Shown in pieces: positions 14,995 to 24,900 of a stretch of DNA of 44,448 bases. This stretch comes from a virus (taxonomy: Duplodnaviria; Caudoviricetes). The notes beneath the pieces were generated by a model, which had not been told where the DNA came from, did no database searches, and saw only the letters and a list, made by a program, of their open reading frames with translations. The stretch is taken from IMG/VR virus record IMGVR_UViG_3300048592_000946, positions 1 to 44,448 of that record; one strand, 5' to 3'. Within the stretch, counting starts at the first letter, position 1. The number at the start of each line of letters is the position of its first letter. The translations under genes were made by a program, and so were the position numbers.

Positions 14995-17327
14995 TTCTCA
15001 ATCCTCAAGCTGTTGGTGATTTTAGGTCCGTCAAATATGATGCGCGATGCCGTGATGTAATGATTGCCGGGATAGCCGATCTGGTCATCGTTGATATACG
15101 CCAGGGCGCCGTCGATAGCCGCGTCGTTATACGGGGCCTCCACGGACCCGCCGGCCGTCCGGTACCGGGCCGCGTCCAGAAAAGCCGTTGCCCGCTCCAC
15201 AGCCGCTGCCGCCGTGGTGAGCAGCGGGGCATTGATGGGCGGGCCGTAGGTTACATCCGCCGTATCCGTGCCGGTCATGCGCACGTCCACCACCACATCA
15301 TCAGCGGCAGGCTCCAGATACAGCACCGCGATCAGCCGCTCCACATTGTGACCGAATGCCCGATACCGCTGATATCGAGATTGATATTTAATCCGGGCCA
15401 CGGCAAACCCGGCATCCGGGATGGTCAGCTCGCGGGAATACGGCACAAACGATACCGGGCCGCCGGGCGTGCCGATCCACTCCACGCCGATCACGGCATG
15501 GATGGGCAGATTCACGGAAGCGGCTCCGGATGAAAACTCCACCAGGGCCTCTTCGGTCTGGAGGAAAAACGCGCCGTCAGCCACGGGCGCCAGCAGGCCG
15601 GAGGTGACGTAGGTATCGATCACCGTCACCGGGTTCCCGGCCCAGTAAACCCGGATATAGACGGTCCGGCCGCGATTAAACGAGGTATTGCCGTCTGCGT
15701 CCGGCTCCAGCATCATCTGGGGAATGAACACGTCCCGGGTCCGGCCGGTGATCAGCACGGCGTTGAAGCCGGCCGCGGGATCATCGTCCTGGGAGAGGGA
15801 GATCAGGTCTGTCTGATCGTAATTAATACCCGGCGTCGCGGCATCCGCATGAATCGGCCGGATCACCCGACGCTTGCGCACCAGCAGGGACCCGTCGTCC
15901 TGGCAGCGCACAATGGCGCCGATCTCGGATGCCAGTGCCTGGATACCGTCCAGCGGCACGCCGGAAAACGTAAAATCCGCCGGCACGACCCAGTCCCCGG
16001 CCTGCCAGTCCACCGGGCAGTAGTTGGTGAGCCGGGCCGCAATAGATGAGGCCAGCTCCGGCGCGTCCAGGGTAAAATCCATTTCAGCGGCATGGGGCGC
16101 GTCTTCTAACGCCGAAACACTGATGCCGTTGATGGTGAAATCGGTCATCTCGCCGGGCCGGGTGTCTATCAAAAATTGCATCATACGGCCGCCCACCTGG
16201 GCCTCGATGCGCGGCTGCCCGTAATACAGGGCCGGATCGGCCCAGGCGAACAGCTCCGGATCAGCGGATTGAATAGTGATGCTGTTGTGTACGCTTCCCT
16301 CATCGTAGGCGATTTCAGCGGACACGAACCGCCGGGACAGGGGCCGGCCGTCCAGATAGATTTCGGCGGTGACCGTGATAAATCGGGCCGCGTAATCATC
16401 GAGCATGGACCGCACGGCCAGGGGGACCCGGATGTCATTGTGGGCGGCCAGTTCATGGATGAGCGCCAGAGCCGCGGCCGCCGGGTCGCCGGAAAGGGTT
16501 TGCCGCAGGGCCGCCGGTACACGGGCGCCATCGGTTAATGAATACACCAGGGCAATGACCTGCCGGATCTCATCGGCCAATGACGGCAGAACGGCCAGAG
16601 AGGCCCCGGCGTGATCGTCTCGGGACAGCGCACTCAAATGCTTGAGTCCGGCGGATACGCGATCGGTCAGGCTGGTAATGGACAGCAGATTCCCACGGAT
16701 CTCATCGGCCAATGACGGCAGAACGGCCAGAGAGGCCCCGGCATGATCGTCACGGGACAGCGTGCTCAAATGCTTGAGTCCGGCGGATACGCGATCGGTC
16801 AGGCTGGTAATGGACAGCAGATTCCCACGGATCTCATCGGCCAATGACGGCAGAACGGCCAGAGAGGCCCCGGCATGATCGTCACGGGACAGCGTGCTCA
16901 AATGCTTGAGTCCGGCGGATACGCGATCGGTCAGGCTGGTAATGGACAGCAGATTCCCACGGATCTCATCGGCCAATGACGGTAAAACGGCCAGAGAGGC
17001 CCCGGCATGATCGTCACGGGACAGCGTCTTTATCAGGGCCAGTGATGCGGTGGCATAAACCCCGATCTGCCAGATCAGGGCCATATTGATCCGGTCGGCC
17101 ATGCCGCAGCCCACAGCCAGATCCGCACCGCGGCCCAGGGACCAGCCGGCGCAAAACGCACCGCCGCCGTCGCTAAATGGATGATTGAGCAGCAAAGATG
17201 CTCCAAAGCCGCTGAACCCGCCTATCAGCATCACGGGGGCGTGATCGCCATAACCACCCATCACGGCCAGGGGAACCCGGATCGGTGGGTCTTGCGATTG
17301 CTGATGCGCTATTTTAAACAGCGGCAT
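14970..17327 (-). CDS. Tail-tip hub-like protein with N-terminal tandem repeats
   Basis: 785 aa. The C-half has hub-like motifs (PLDGIQALASEIGAIVRCQDDGSLLVR, FNAVLITG). The N-half carries 44-aa repeats. Confidence 0.7.
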   Translation of the reverse strand: MPLFKIAHQQSQDPPIRVPLAVMGGYGDHAPVMLIGGFSGFGASLLLNHPFSDGGGAFCAGWSLGRGADLAVGCGMADRINMALIWQIGVYATASLALIKTLSRDDHAGASLAVLPSLADEIRGNLLSITSLTDRVSAGLKHLSTLSRDDHAGASLAVLPSLADEIRGNLLSITSLTDRVSAGLKHLSTLSRDDHAGASLAVLPSLADEIRGNLLSITSLTDRVSAGLKHLSALSRDDHAGASLAVLPSLADEIRQVIALVYSLTDGARVPAALRQTLSGDPAAAALALIHELAAHNDIRVPLAVRSMLDDYAARFITVTAEIYLDGRPLSRRFVSAEIAYDEGSVHNSITIQSADPELFAWADPALYYGQPRIEAQVGGRMMQFLIDTRPGEMTDFTINGISVSALEDAPHAAEMDFTLDAPELASSIAARLTNYCPVDWQAGDWVVPADFTFSGVPLDGIQALASEIGAIVRCQDDGSLLVRKRRVIRPIHADAATPGINYDQTDLISLSQDDDPAAGFNAVLITGRTRDVFIPQMMLEPDADGNTSFNRGRTVYIRVYWAGNPVTVIDTYVTSGLLAPVADGAFFLQTEEALVEFSSGAASVNLPIHAVIGVEWIGTPGGPVSFVPYSRELTIPDAGFAVARIKYQSRYQRYRAFGHNVERLIAVLYLEPAADDVVVDVRMTGTDTADVTYGPPINAPLLTTAAAAVERATAFLDAARYRTAGGSVEAPYNDAAIDGALAYINDDQIGYPGNHYITASRIIFDGPKITNSLRIEKCLTSFNS
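16564..17028 (-). repeat. 132-bp (44-aa) in-frame tandem repeat, about 3.5 near-identical copies
   Basis: CGGATCTCATCGGCCAATGACGG starts at 16564, 16696, 16828 and 16960. Confidence 0.95.
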
Positions 17328-17332
17328 TGAGA

Positions 17333-17944
17333 TTATTCTCCGCCCATAATGGTAATGTGGCCGATGTTGCCGGATGTATCGTCAGCAGTGGCGGCCAGCG
17401 GCCCGATCCAGACGGTCACCTGGTTGTTGGTGCCGGTGATCTCGGAAATCAAAATGCCGATTTTGTGGAACCCGAAGGCGTCGACCTCCTGGGCGTGGGA
17501 GTAGTATTGATACACATCGGGGCTGGTATCGATCAAATATTTGACCGCGGTGGCCGCAAAGGTCAACTCTCCCAGCGGCGTGTGCCCCACATCGTCGCCA
17601 TTATGGTCAAACACACCCACCGGAATGATTTTGCACGATCCGTCCGACGCCGAATGCAGCACGCGGATAGTGATTTTTTCGGCATTGCCGATTTCGACGG
17701 GATCAATGGAGAAAGCCCCGACGCCTGAGATGATCAGATCATCGGCCGTGTCAATTCCGGTGTCTGACCGTTTCCAGTTGATCATGTTTTCGTTGGGCTC
17801 GGCCGTCACCAGATACCCGTAAAATTTATGCTCGCCCTTGATAACGGCCTCCAGGTGCCCGTCGTCGGCGATGTTTTTATGAAACTCCACTTGGAATCCG
17901 ACGGAATCATCGGTAAATCCAGCGCTGGTTTTTTTTTCGGTCAT
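17333..17944 (-). CDS. Hypothetical tail-region protein (203 aa, start revised to MTEKK)
   Basis: A GAGGAG SD precedes ATG 17944, which removes the overlap with the upstream gene. Confidence 0.65.
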   Translation of the reverse strand: MTEKKTSAGFTDDSVGFQVEFHKNIADDGHLEAVIKGEHKFYGYLVTAEPNENMINWKRSDTGIDTADDLIISGVGAFSIDPVEIGNAEKITIRVLHSASDGSCKIIPVGVFDHNGDDVGHTPLGELTFAATAVKYLIDTSPDVYQYYSHAQEVDAFGFHKIGILISEITGTNNQVTVWIGPLAATADDTSGNIGHITIMGGE

Positions 17945-17957
17945 GGTAGTCGCTCCT

Positions 17958-20126
17958 CTATTCTTTCGGCGATGCCAGGTGAACATAAATTCCCCGTGTG
18001 CCGAGATTGGGGAAATAGGATTTAATAGAAGTCATGCTCAGGCCCCGAAGCTGGTTCCAGTCAAACGCATACCCCTGTTCCGGATCTTCTTCGTCGATCA
18101 ACGGGACGTCGGTCTGTACGCGAATATCAAGGTCGACATTGAGCCCCGCATAATAGGAAAAAACTACTACATTACCCTCATAAGATTTGATTCCGATACT
18201 GCTACGCAACGGGGTTGGATCATATGCCGCATATTCCAAAAATGACCAAAAAAGCCCATTTGGCCCCTTGTAGCTGCTCCAACAATATGGGGGGGGGATT
18301 AAAAGCCCCGGCGCTCCTCCGTCCAGATCTCCGGAATCGGATCGGCTTTCCGCTGTTTCAGAGATCGCGGCTTGATCACCGCCAAACAACGGGGCGATTT
18401 TTACGGTCGAATTTCTGGCACCACTGTTTGCGTAAGTTCCGCCGCCGGGATGTCCTTCAATGTATTGGATCAGTGAATTACTGGACCCCTCCCAGGACTC
18501 AAACAGATATTGATAATACCGATTCGTTTGCCCGGGAAGCCGGACATACCGGGGTGGATTATAAAAATTTTGGCCATATTGCGAGCTGGTCCACTCGATG
18601 GTCATATACATCTCCCAAAGGTCTGACCAGTTGCTATACGTTCTGGAAATGAAATCGTTAAACGTGATGGCGGCGCCGAAAAGCGTCTGGGAAAAAACAC
18701 TACTGACGCCGGGGTCGACTACCCAATTTAAGGCGTCAAGGCCCGACAGCGATTCGGTCCATGAGTCGAGCTGATAAATATCGTGTGCGTCCTTGAGGGC
18801 GTTATAAATTTCATTGTATGTCGCCGGATACGAAATGCCGGGGATCTCTGCCGGTCGGTTGGTGCCGATATCCCAGGCCACGGCAACATCGGATTCTTCC
18901 CGAATGATAATATATAATCCGGTTTTCCCGCAACGTCGCAGGGTTTCCTTGTGGCCGATAATCACCAGGTCTGATTCATTGGGATACGACCCGCCGCCCT
19001 CATTGAGCACAACGACCTCATCATCCACGCCAAAGGCTGCCATGCCACCGGTCAGCGGATCCAACGCATCGTAATCGTCGCAATGATAAAATATATCGAC
19101 AAAATCAAACTCCACCTTGCCCAGGCCCGCGATGCGAACCTTTGCGGCGTCCCGCAGGGGCGTGACATTGCCCGGCCAGAGTTCAGTGATCACGCCAATG
19201 TGCTGCGACACCTCGAATCCGCGTTTAAAATTCAACCCGGACAGCAGGTTATAATCGATCTTGTCATAATCCCCGTTGGCGCCGAACTGGTTGAAACGCA
19301 CCGGGGCCGGCCGCACGGAAACAGGCAGATCCGATCCGGCATAAGACGACTGGCGGTTTGTTTCTTCGGCGTCCGAATCCCCCTGTTTGAGCAGATACAC
19401 CCAGTCCCCGACATCATAATCGGCAAAATCGGTCGGCATGCAGATGATCTCCACGCCTTGCGCTCGCACAGTCACGGTCCGCTCTTCGTCCTCGCCGTCA
19501 ACCGATATCACCTCCCCGCCGGTAAACGCCGGCGTTGCAAACCATGCCCCGGCCATGACGCCGCCCTTGTATGCCTGGCCGTATTTCAGGCCCCATTCCA
19601 GGCGCAGGCTTTCGCCGGGCACACACTGGCACTGCACCAGTATCCCGCCCGCGTCGTCAAAATCCAGGCTGTGCCAGTCGCCGCCGGAACCCGGAATATC
19701 GCCGGGATTCGGCGCCGGCTGGTGGATCACGTAAAACTGAAGCCCATCGGTAAATCGTCGCTGGCCGGTGATGCGGGTGATGGCCCAGCGGCAGGGATCG
19801 GCCGGGTGATTGTAATCCAGGGTGATATAGGTATGTCGCCCGGAAAATTCATCGTTACCGCTGATATTGACCCCGCGGAACCAGACGAACCGGGGTGTCC
19901 CGTATCCGGCGCATTCAAAAAAAGCCAGAGGATCATCATGGATATGGGCCTGCACAATGGCGGTCCGGACCCTGGCCTTGCACTCATCGAGCCCAATGCC
20001 AGCCTTGATGATCCGGGCCGTCACCGTGTTGCCGGAAACCTCCACGCCCGCACGGCGCACCCGTCCCGGCGTGGCCGCGGTCACGGGGATCAGCTTGTTG
20101 CATATGCGGGTGCGGATGGTGGTCAT
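17958..20126 (-). CDS. Minor tail protein with compositionally distinct C-terminal domain
   Basis: 722 aa in the tail-tip block. The last ~270 aa are aromatic/Ser-rich and visibly lower in GC. Confidence 0.7.
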   Translation of the reverse strand: MTTIRTRICNKLIPVTAATPGRVRRAGVEVSGNTVTARIIKAGIGLDECKARVRTAIVQAHIHDDPLAFFECAGYGTPRFVWFRGVNISGNDEFSGRHTYITLDYNHPADPCRWAITRITGQRRFTDGLQFYVIHQPAPNPGDIPGSGGDWHSLDFDDAGGILVQCQCVPGESLRLEWGLKYGQAYKGGVMAGAWFATPAFTGGEVISVDGEDEERTVTVRAQGVEIICMPTDFADYDVGDWVYLLKQGDSDAEETNRQSSYAGSDLPVSVRPAPVRFNQFGANGDYDKIDYNLLSGLNFKRGFEVSQHIGVITELWPGNVTPLRDAAKVRIAGLGKVEFDFVDIFYHCDDYDALDPLTGGMAAFGVDDEVVVLNEGGGSYPNESDLVIIGHKETLRRCGKTGLYIIIREESDVAVAWDIGTNRPAEIPGISYPATYNEIYNALKDAHDIYQLDSWTESLSGLDALNWVVDPGVSSVFSQTLFGAAITFNDFISRTYSNWSDLWEMYMTIEWTSSQYGQNFYNPPRYVRLPGQTNRYYQYLFESWEGSSNSLIQYIEGHPGGGTYANSGARNSTVKIAPLFGGDQAAISETAESRSDSGDLDGGAPGLLIPPPYCWSSYKGPNGLFWSFLEYAAYDPTPLRSSIGIKSYEGNVVVFSYYAGLNVDLDIRVQTDVPLIDEEDPEQGYAFDWNQLRGLSMTSIKSYFPNLGTRGIYVHLASPKE

Positions 20127-20128
20127 TA

Positions 20129-21562
20129 TTATTCCGTATAACTGCCGATGGGCAGCAGGTTATTGGGTTCAACCTCTGTCCCGGCCGGAACGAAGTTTTC
20201 CAGCAACAGGGGAACGGTCGCGGGATGCGTCTGGAAAACAACCGTGTCGCCGTTGGCCCAGGTGCCGCCCCACCCGGCCGAGGCCAGGGTGAAATAGGGC
20301 TGGCCGGTCACGGGATTGAGTGGCTCAAAATCGCCGGTGATATTGCCGGCCCCCAGTGATCCGTAATGCGCGCCGGTCACGGTAAAGGCGGACCCGGAAG
20401 AAAACGTCAGGGTCCAGGTTTCTTCCACGGTCCCGTCGTTGTAAAGATCAAGCGGGTAGGTATCCTCATCATAGGTGCCGGCCGACGACGTTTCGACCCA
20501 GTTGTCGAAGCTGCACGCCACTTCATCCTCATGCACACACCCCGCGCCGAACGTGGTATTGTCAGCGGAATAGGCGTTAGCCACGGTATCGTCGAGCTCC
20601 ACGGTGGCCACATTGCCGCTCCAGGACCAGGCGTTTTCCGCGTAGGTGATGGTGATGTCGGTTCCATTGTCCGGAGCCGTGGTCCACACGATATCCGTGG
20701 TCCAGACGCCGGTGGCCATGTTGAGCGCACCGGCGGAACAATACCCGGAGCAGGAGCCGTCCGCCGCCACATTGACCGTGCGCTCCACGCCCCCGCAGGT
20801 GGCCTTGACCACGGGCAGCCAGTCGGGCTGACGGCAGATTCCGTTGGTGGGATGCAGCAGGGTATCCAGCTCCGGATCCGTGTCCGACCCATCGCCCGCG
20901 CCAATCACCTCATCCTCATACTGATTGTCGGCGATCTTTAAAAATTCCTCATGGGTGTCGCCGTCAATGGTCAGAACCTCGTTTTCCCCCACACACCACC
21001 CCTTGGGATAGGTGATGTCGGCATCCGCCGGGATCTTGCTCCAGGACCCGGACGAATACGCCACCGAATCCCCGATCTTCACGCCGGCATCAATGGTCTG
21101 GCTGACCTGGGTGTTATTGCTCAGATACAGGTAGCCGCCCTGGGGGAACTGATAATCGTCATCCTCCATGGCCAACTCCACTTCGCTTTCCCCACCCAGC
21201 AACGCCGTCTCCAGCGCCCCCGCGCCCATCCAGACCCGGCCGTAGGGATAGTCGTCCCGGTTGAATTCGGATTGCACGTCCCGCTGGGTGCCCTTGGCCA
21301 GATACACCCGGTCGTCGGCATTGGTGGGCCGGTACAAAAACACCAGGGCGCCGTAGGCCGATTCATCGTCGGCATTCTCATTGCACCAGAACGCCTTGCG
21401 CCATCGCTGAAGCCCGAGCGCCCGCTGGGATTTGGTCACCCGGGGAAACAAGGCATGCCGCGCGCCGGAAATAATCCGCACGGTCCCCATGCGCCCGCCG
21501 TTTGTGGCGATGTCGGTCTGCTGGACGGATTTTCGATACTTGATATCTGCTGATGTGGTCAT
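20129..21562 (-). CDS. Tail-tip structural protein
   Basis: 477 aa. The N-terminal motif DIKYRKS...TD...NGGRM...I.SG...LFP.V...R..G...RKAF is one I associate with siphovirus tail proteins encoded just after the tape measure. Confidence 0.75.
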   Translation of the reverse strand: MTTSADIKYRKSVQQTDIATNGGRMGTVRIISGARHALFPRVTKSQRALGLQRWRKAFWCNENADDESAYGALVFLYRPTNADDRVYLAKGTQRDVQSEFNRDDYPYGRVWMGAGALETALLGGESEVELAMEDDDYQFPQGGYLYLSNNTQVSQTIDAGVKIGDSVAYSSGSWSKIPADADITYPKGWCVGENEVLTIDGDTHEEFLKIADNQYEDEVIGAGDGSDTDPELDTLLHPTNGICRQPDWLPVVKATCGGVERTVNVAADGSCSGYCSAGALNMATGVWTTDIVWTTAPDNGTDITITYAENAWSWSGNVATVELDDTVANAYSADNTTFGAGCVHEDEVACSFDNWVETSSAGTYDEDTYPLDLYNDGTVEETWTLTFSSGSAFTVTGAHYGSLGAGNITGDFEPLNPVTGQPYFTLASAGWGGTWANGDTVVFQTHPATVPLLLENFVPAGTEVEPNNLLPIGSYTE

Positions 21563-21571
21563 TTATGCCTC

Positions 21572-21952
21572 CTATGCTTCCATTAATTTTATGACTACGC
21601 TGTGGTACAAATCATCGTCCGTTATCTGTTCGCGGGGTCCAATCGCAACAGCCTCAACCACTGGTTGCTCCCATGTCCGGAAGCACACACTGTACACATC
21701 CCCGTTATATGATAGATCATAGGTGGCCATAGGGACCGCCGCCAGCGCGTAAAGATCTTTAAAAACAGCATGGGTGATAATCCCGGCATCGCTTTTGCCG
21801 ATTAAATTAAATTCAAGAAGATCAAATGATTGGCCCCATATCAGCGGGGTATAAGCCCTGGACCGTACCATGCGGGCGTCGACCCGAGAATGATTCAGCA
21901 GATCTTCTCTGCTAATATCGTTACTGAGAACAATCCCACCCAAAACTGGCAT
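21572..21952 (-). CDS. Distal-tail-like protein
   Basis: 126 aa, coupled (TAATG) directly after the tape measure. The call rests on position. Confidence 0.6.
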   Translation of the reverse strand: MPVLGGIVLSNDISREDLLNHSRVDARMVRSRAYTPLIWGQSFDLLEFNLIGKSDAGIITHAVFKDLYALAAVPMATYDLSYNGDVYSVCFRTWEQPVVEAVAIGPREQITDDDLYHSVVIKLMEA

Positions 21953-24900
21953 TACCCATTACTCCGCATGCGTGTTTTTTGCTTGATCTGCTGCTGGAGA
22001 ATCCCGAGGACATCGGGCTCTCCGTATATTTTACCGACTTCGTTGTCATTAATGCTCAAATTCAATGAACCTAAATTCGGGAACGACACCCGACCGCCGC
22101 CGGCAAACTGGAGTTTCGGCATCACCGGCGCTGCGCCGCCGACAATCCCGCCTTTGGCGAATTTGAACTGAGGAACGGAAAACGATTTCATGGCGGAAAT
22201 AATCGTCTTGCCGATGGACGACCAGGGCGCGTTTAATCCTTCGAAGAAACCGCGTCCAAAAAGACGATCCCAGACGGACATGGCTTCCGGCCGGAGAACA
22301 CCTTCACCCAATCGGAGCTTGGCATCGACGATATCGGTTGATGAATAGCCGGGAAGCCGCCCGCCGGTGTCAAAGAGTCTGCCACCGGTGGCAAAGCCGA
22401 TACGACCGCCTTTGGCTTTTCCAGATTCAGTTTTAACTGTGTGCTGGTGGATGGTGATATTAACAGTCTTGTCTTTCAACCCGTCAATCATCTTAACAGT
22501 GTCTTCGAGATCTTTTTTCCCGTTAATGTTAACCTTGATTTCGGCCAGCCATTCTTTCTCTTCGATGGTTTCCAGTTGATCAATAACGTCATCCAGACGG
22601 GCCTGATAATCGTCATAATGTGCCTTCAGCGCAGACGCACGATCCTCGTTAAGACCCATGAGTGCGTTGATCTGATTTTTTTCTTCATCAATGGCTTTAT
22701 TGTAATTTTGCAGCGAATCACTTAGCGCCTGCTGGCCAGAGACAATTGTGCTTTGCCCTTCTTTGATTTCTCTGTTCATGCTTTGGGAAAGATTTTTTAT
22801 TTCTTCCAACCAACCCTTGTTTTCGTTATGCAGTCTTTCGCGTTCTTCAAACGATTCAGACGCAGCCGCGATTTCATTGTTGGCTTCAACCTTTGCCCAC
22901 AAATCGGCAACCTTGGCTTGTTCCGCACGATACTTTTCATAATCACCCATATGTTTCGTGCGCATATCCCAAATGGTCTGCTCACGATCTTTCTCTATCT
23001 TGATCAGGTCGCCCTTCAGTCCCTCAATAACACCGAGCAGCCGCTTGTATTCATCCTCGATCCCCTTTAACTGTTCCTTCCAGTGCGCCGCTTCTTCTTC
23101 ATGGATCTTTTTAACCCGGCCCAGAAAACGCACGTTTGCCGCATCGACTACCCGCTGGTGCGCCGCCAATTCTTGCGCCTGGGACCCGAGCCCTTCTTTA
23201 TGGGCCTGAATTTCAGCATTGCGGAACTCTTTGGCCTTGCTTAACTGATTGTCGGTGTGCTGTTTTACGACCCCGGCAATCTCATTGTACATGGAATCAT
23301 AGGCTGCGACGGATGCAGCCTTGGCCGTTTCGTAAGCCTGTTTTTCCTGCTGAAGAATGTCTTCGTTTTTCTTGGCATGGACAGCGATGATTTTGCCGGC
23401 ATCATCACGGATATACTTAATGGTGTCTCTGCTCAGGTCCCGGATCTTGGTTTCGCGGTCCCCGTATTCAGCGATAATATTCCCGCTGGCATCCTTAATA
23501 ACCGAAAACTCTTGTTCTATTGCCTGTTGTAACGCCGTCGTCCGCCCAGCGGCAACATCGGCCGCCGCTTTGACCTGCTCTGTATAGTGCTGCTTAATGG
23601 CGTCGATCTTCTGGCTTAACGCCTCCTGATCCCGCTTGGCCTCGATCTGATACCATTTATCCAGCGCCGTCACTTTCGCGCCGTGTGCCTGGTCGTGCGC
23701 CGCAATAATCTCTTTTAATGTATCGACTTCCTGGTCCTTGATAATCTTCATGAAAATGGCATGAAGCTGAGTAAATTTTTCGTTTAAAGACGCCTTCTTG
23801 TCGCTATATTCCGACTCAATGCCGACAATATCTTCACCGGCTTCTCTGGCCGCTTTGATTTTATGCTGATAAAAACGGTCATTATCCCGCATCTCAGTCT
23901 CAAGAAGCCGGACTTCTTCGCCAAGGCGGTCTTTTAAAACCTGAAGCAAGCGATTGGCATTTTCCGCCGCCGTGTCGGTTTTTTTGTGCTGCATGGCGTA
24001 AAAATCGGCAAAATGCTGCGCTTCCATCGCCGCCATGGCCGCATATTTTTCTTCTTCAGACAATTTAAACGCGCTGTTTTGACGGGTAAACTCCGACTGC
24101 TCTTTTTGCAGATTCGACAGCATGCTGGCAAATCGTGACTTTTCCAGTAAAGACAACTGATCATAAAAATTTTGGTATTCCGAAAGGGCTTCATCCCCGA
24201 CCAGGCTGTCAAATGTCGCCTTTGCCCGACGCGCCGCTTCTTCAGCGGCTTCAAGACCGGAGATATATTTTGCCCGGATGGTATCTGAAACATCATTGAA
24301 ATGACGACTCTGGCCGGCTAGGGTATCAATCATGGCCATGCCTTCATCGCGCGTCATTTTCCCGGAAGCGGTCCATTCAATAAGGGATTCAATCAAATCT
24401 TTAAGCGCAAGATCCAGCTTCCCCGCAGCTTCCTCTTCATCAATAAAAAGCCGCGCAAGCATAAAGCCTTCAGACAAAACAAGCGTACTGCTGTATTTTG
24501 AAATCGCGGCACTAAGGCTTTCAATTTTTTTCTTGAAATCTTCCGCCGCAACAACAGCCGATGCCGTCTTAAACTGCTCCATTGTCATGCCGAGAACGCT
24601 GACCTCCCCGGCTGCCTTTGCAACACGGGCGGCAAGTTCTTCGTGCTCCAGGGCAAACCGTTTTAGGTTCACCCCATATTCTTCCGGAGTAGATCCTTCC
24701 AGAATTCTTGCAAATGCCTCCAGTGTATCCGCCGCTTCATTGACTTTGACCGCCATTTTCATGGCCGCATCGCCGGAGTTTTCAAACCATGTCACAAATT
24801 TATAAAGCGCAATAGGGATCGCCAGTATCCATGTTTTAACCGACAACAAAACCGCGACAAACTTCCCGGCAATCGCGCTGACCGTTGCAATCGCGGCCCC

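Noticed and set aside
16564-17028. Diversity-generating retroelement TR/VR pair
   Set aside because: The copies are tandem, in frame and nearly identical, without adenine-specific divergence. There is no reverse transcriptase in the window.
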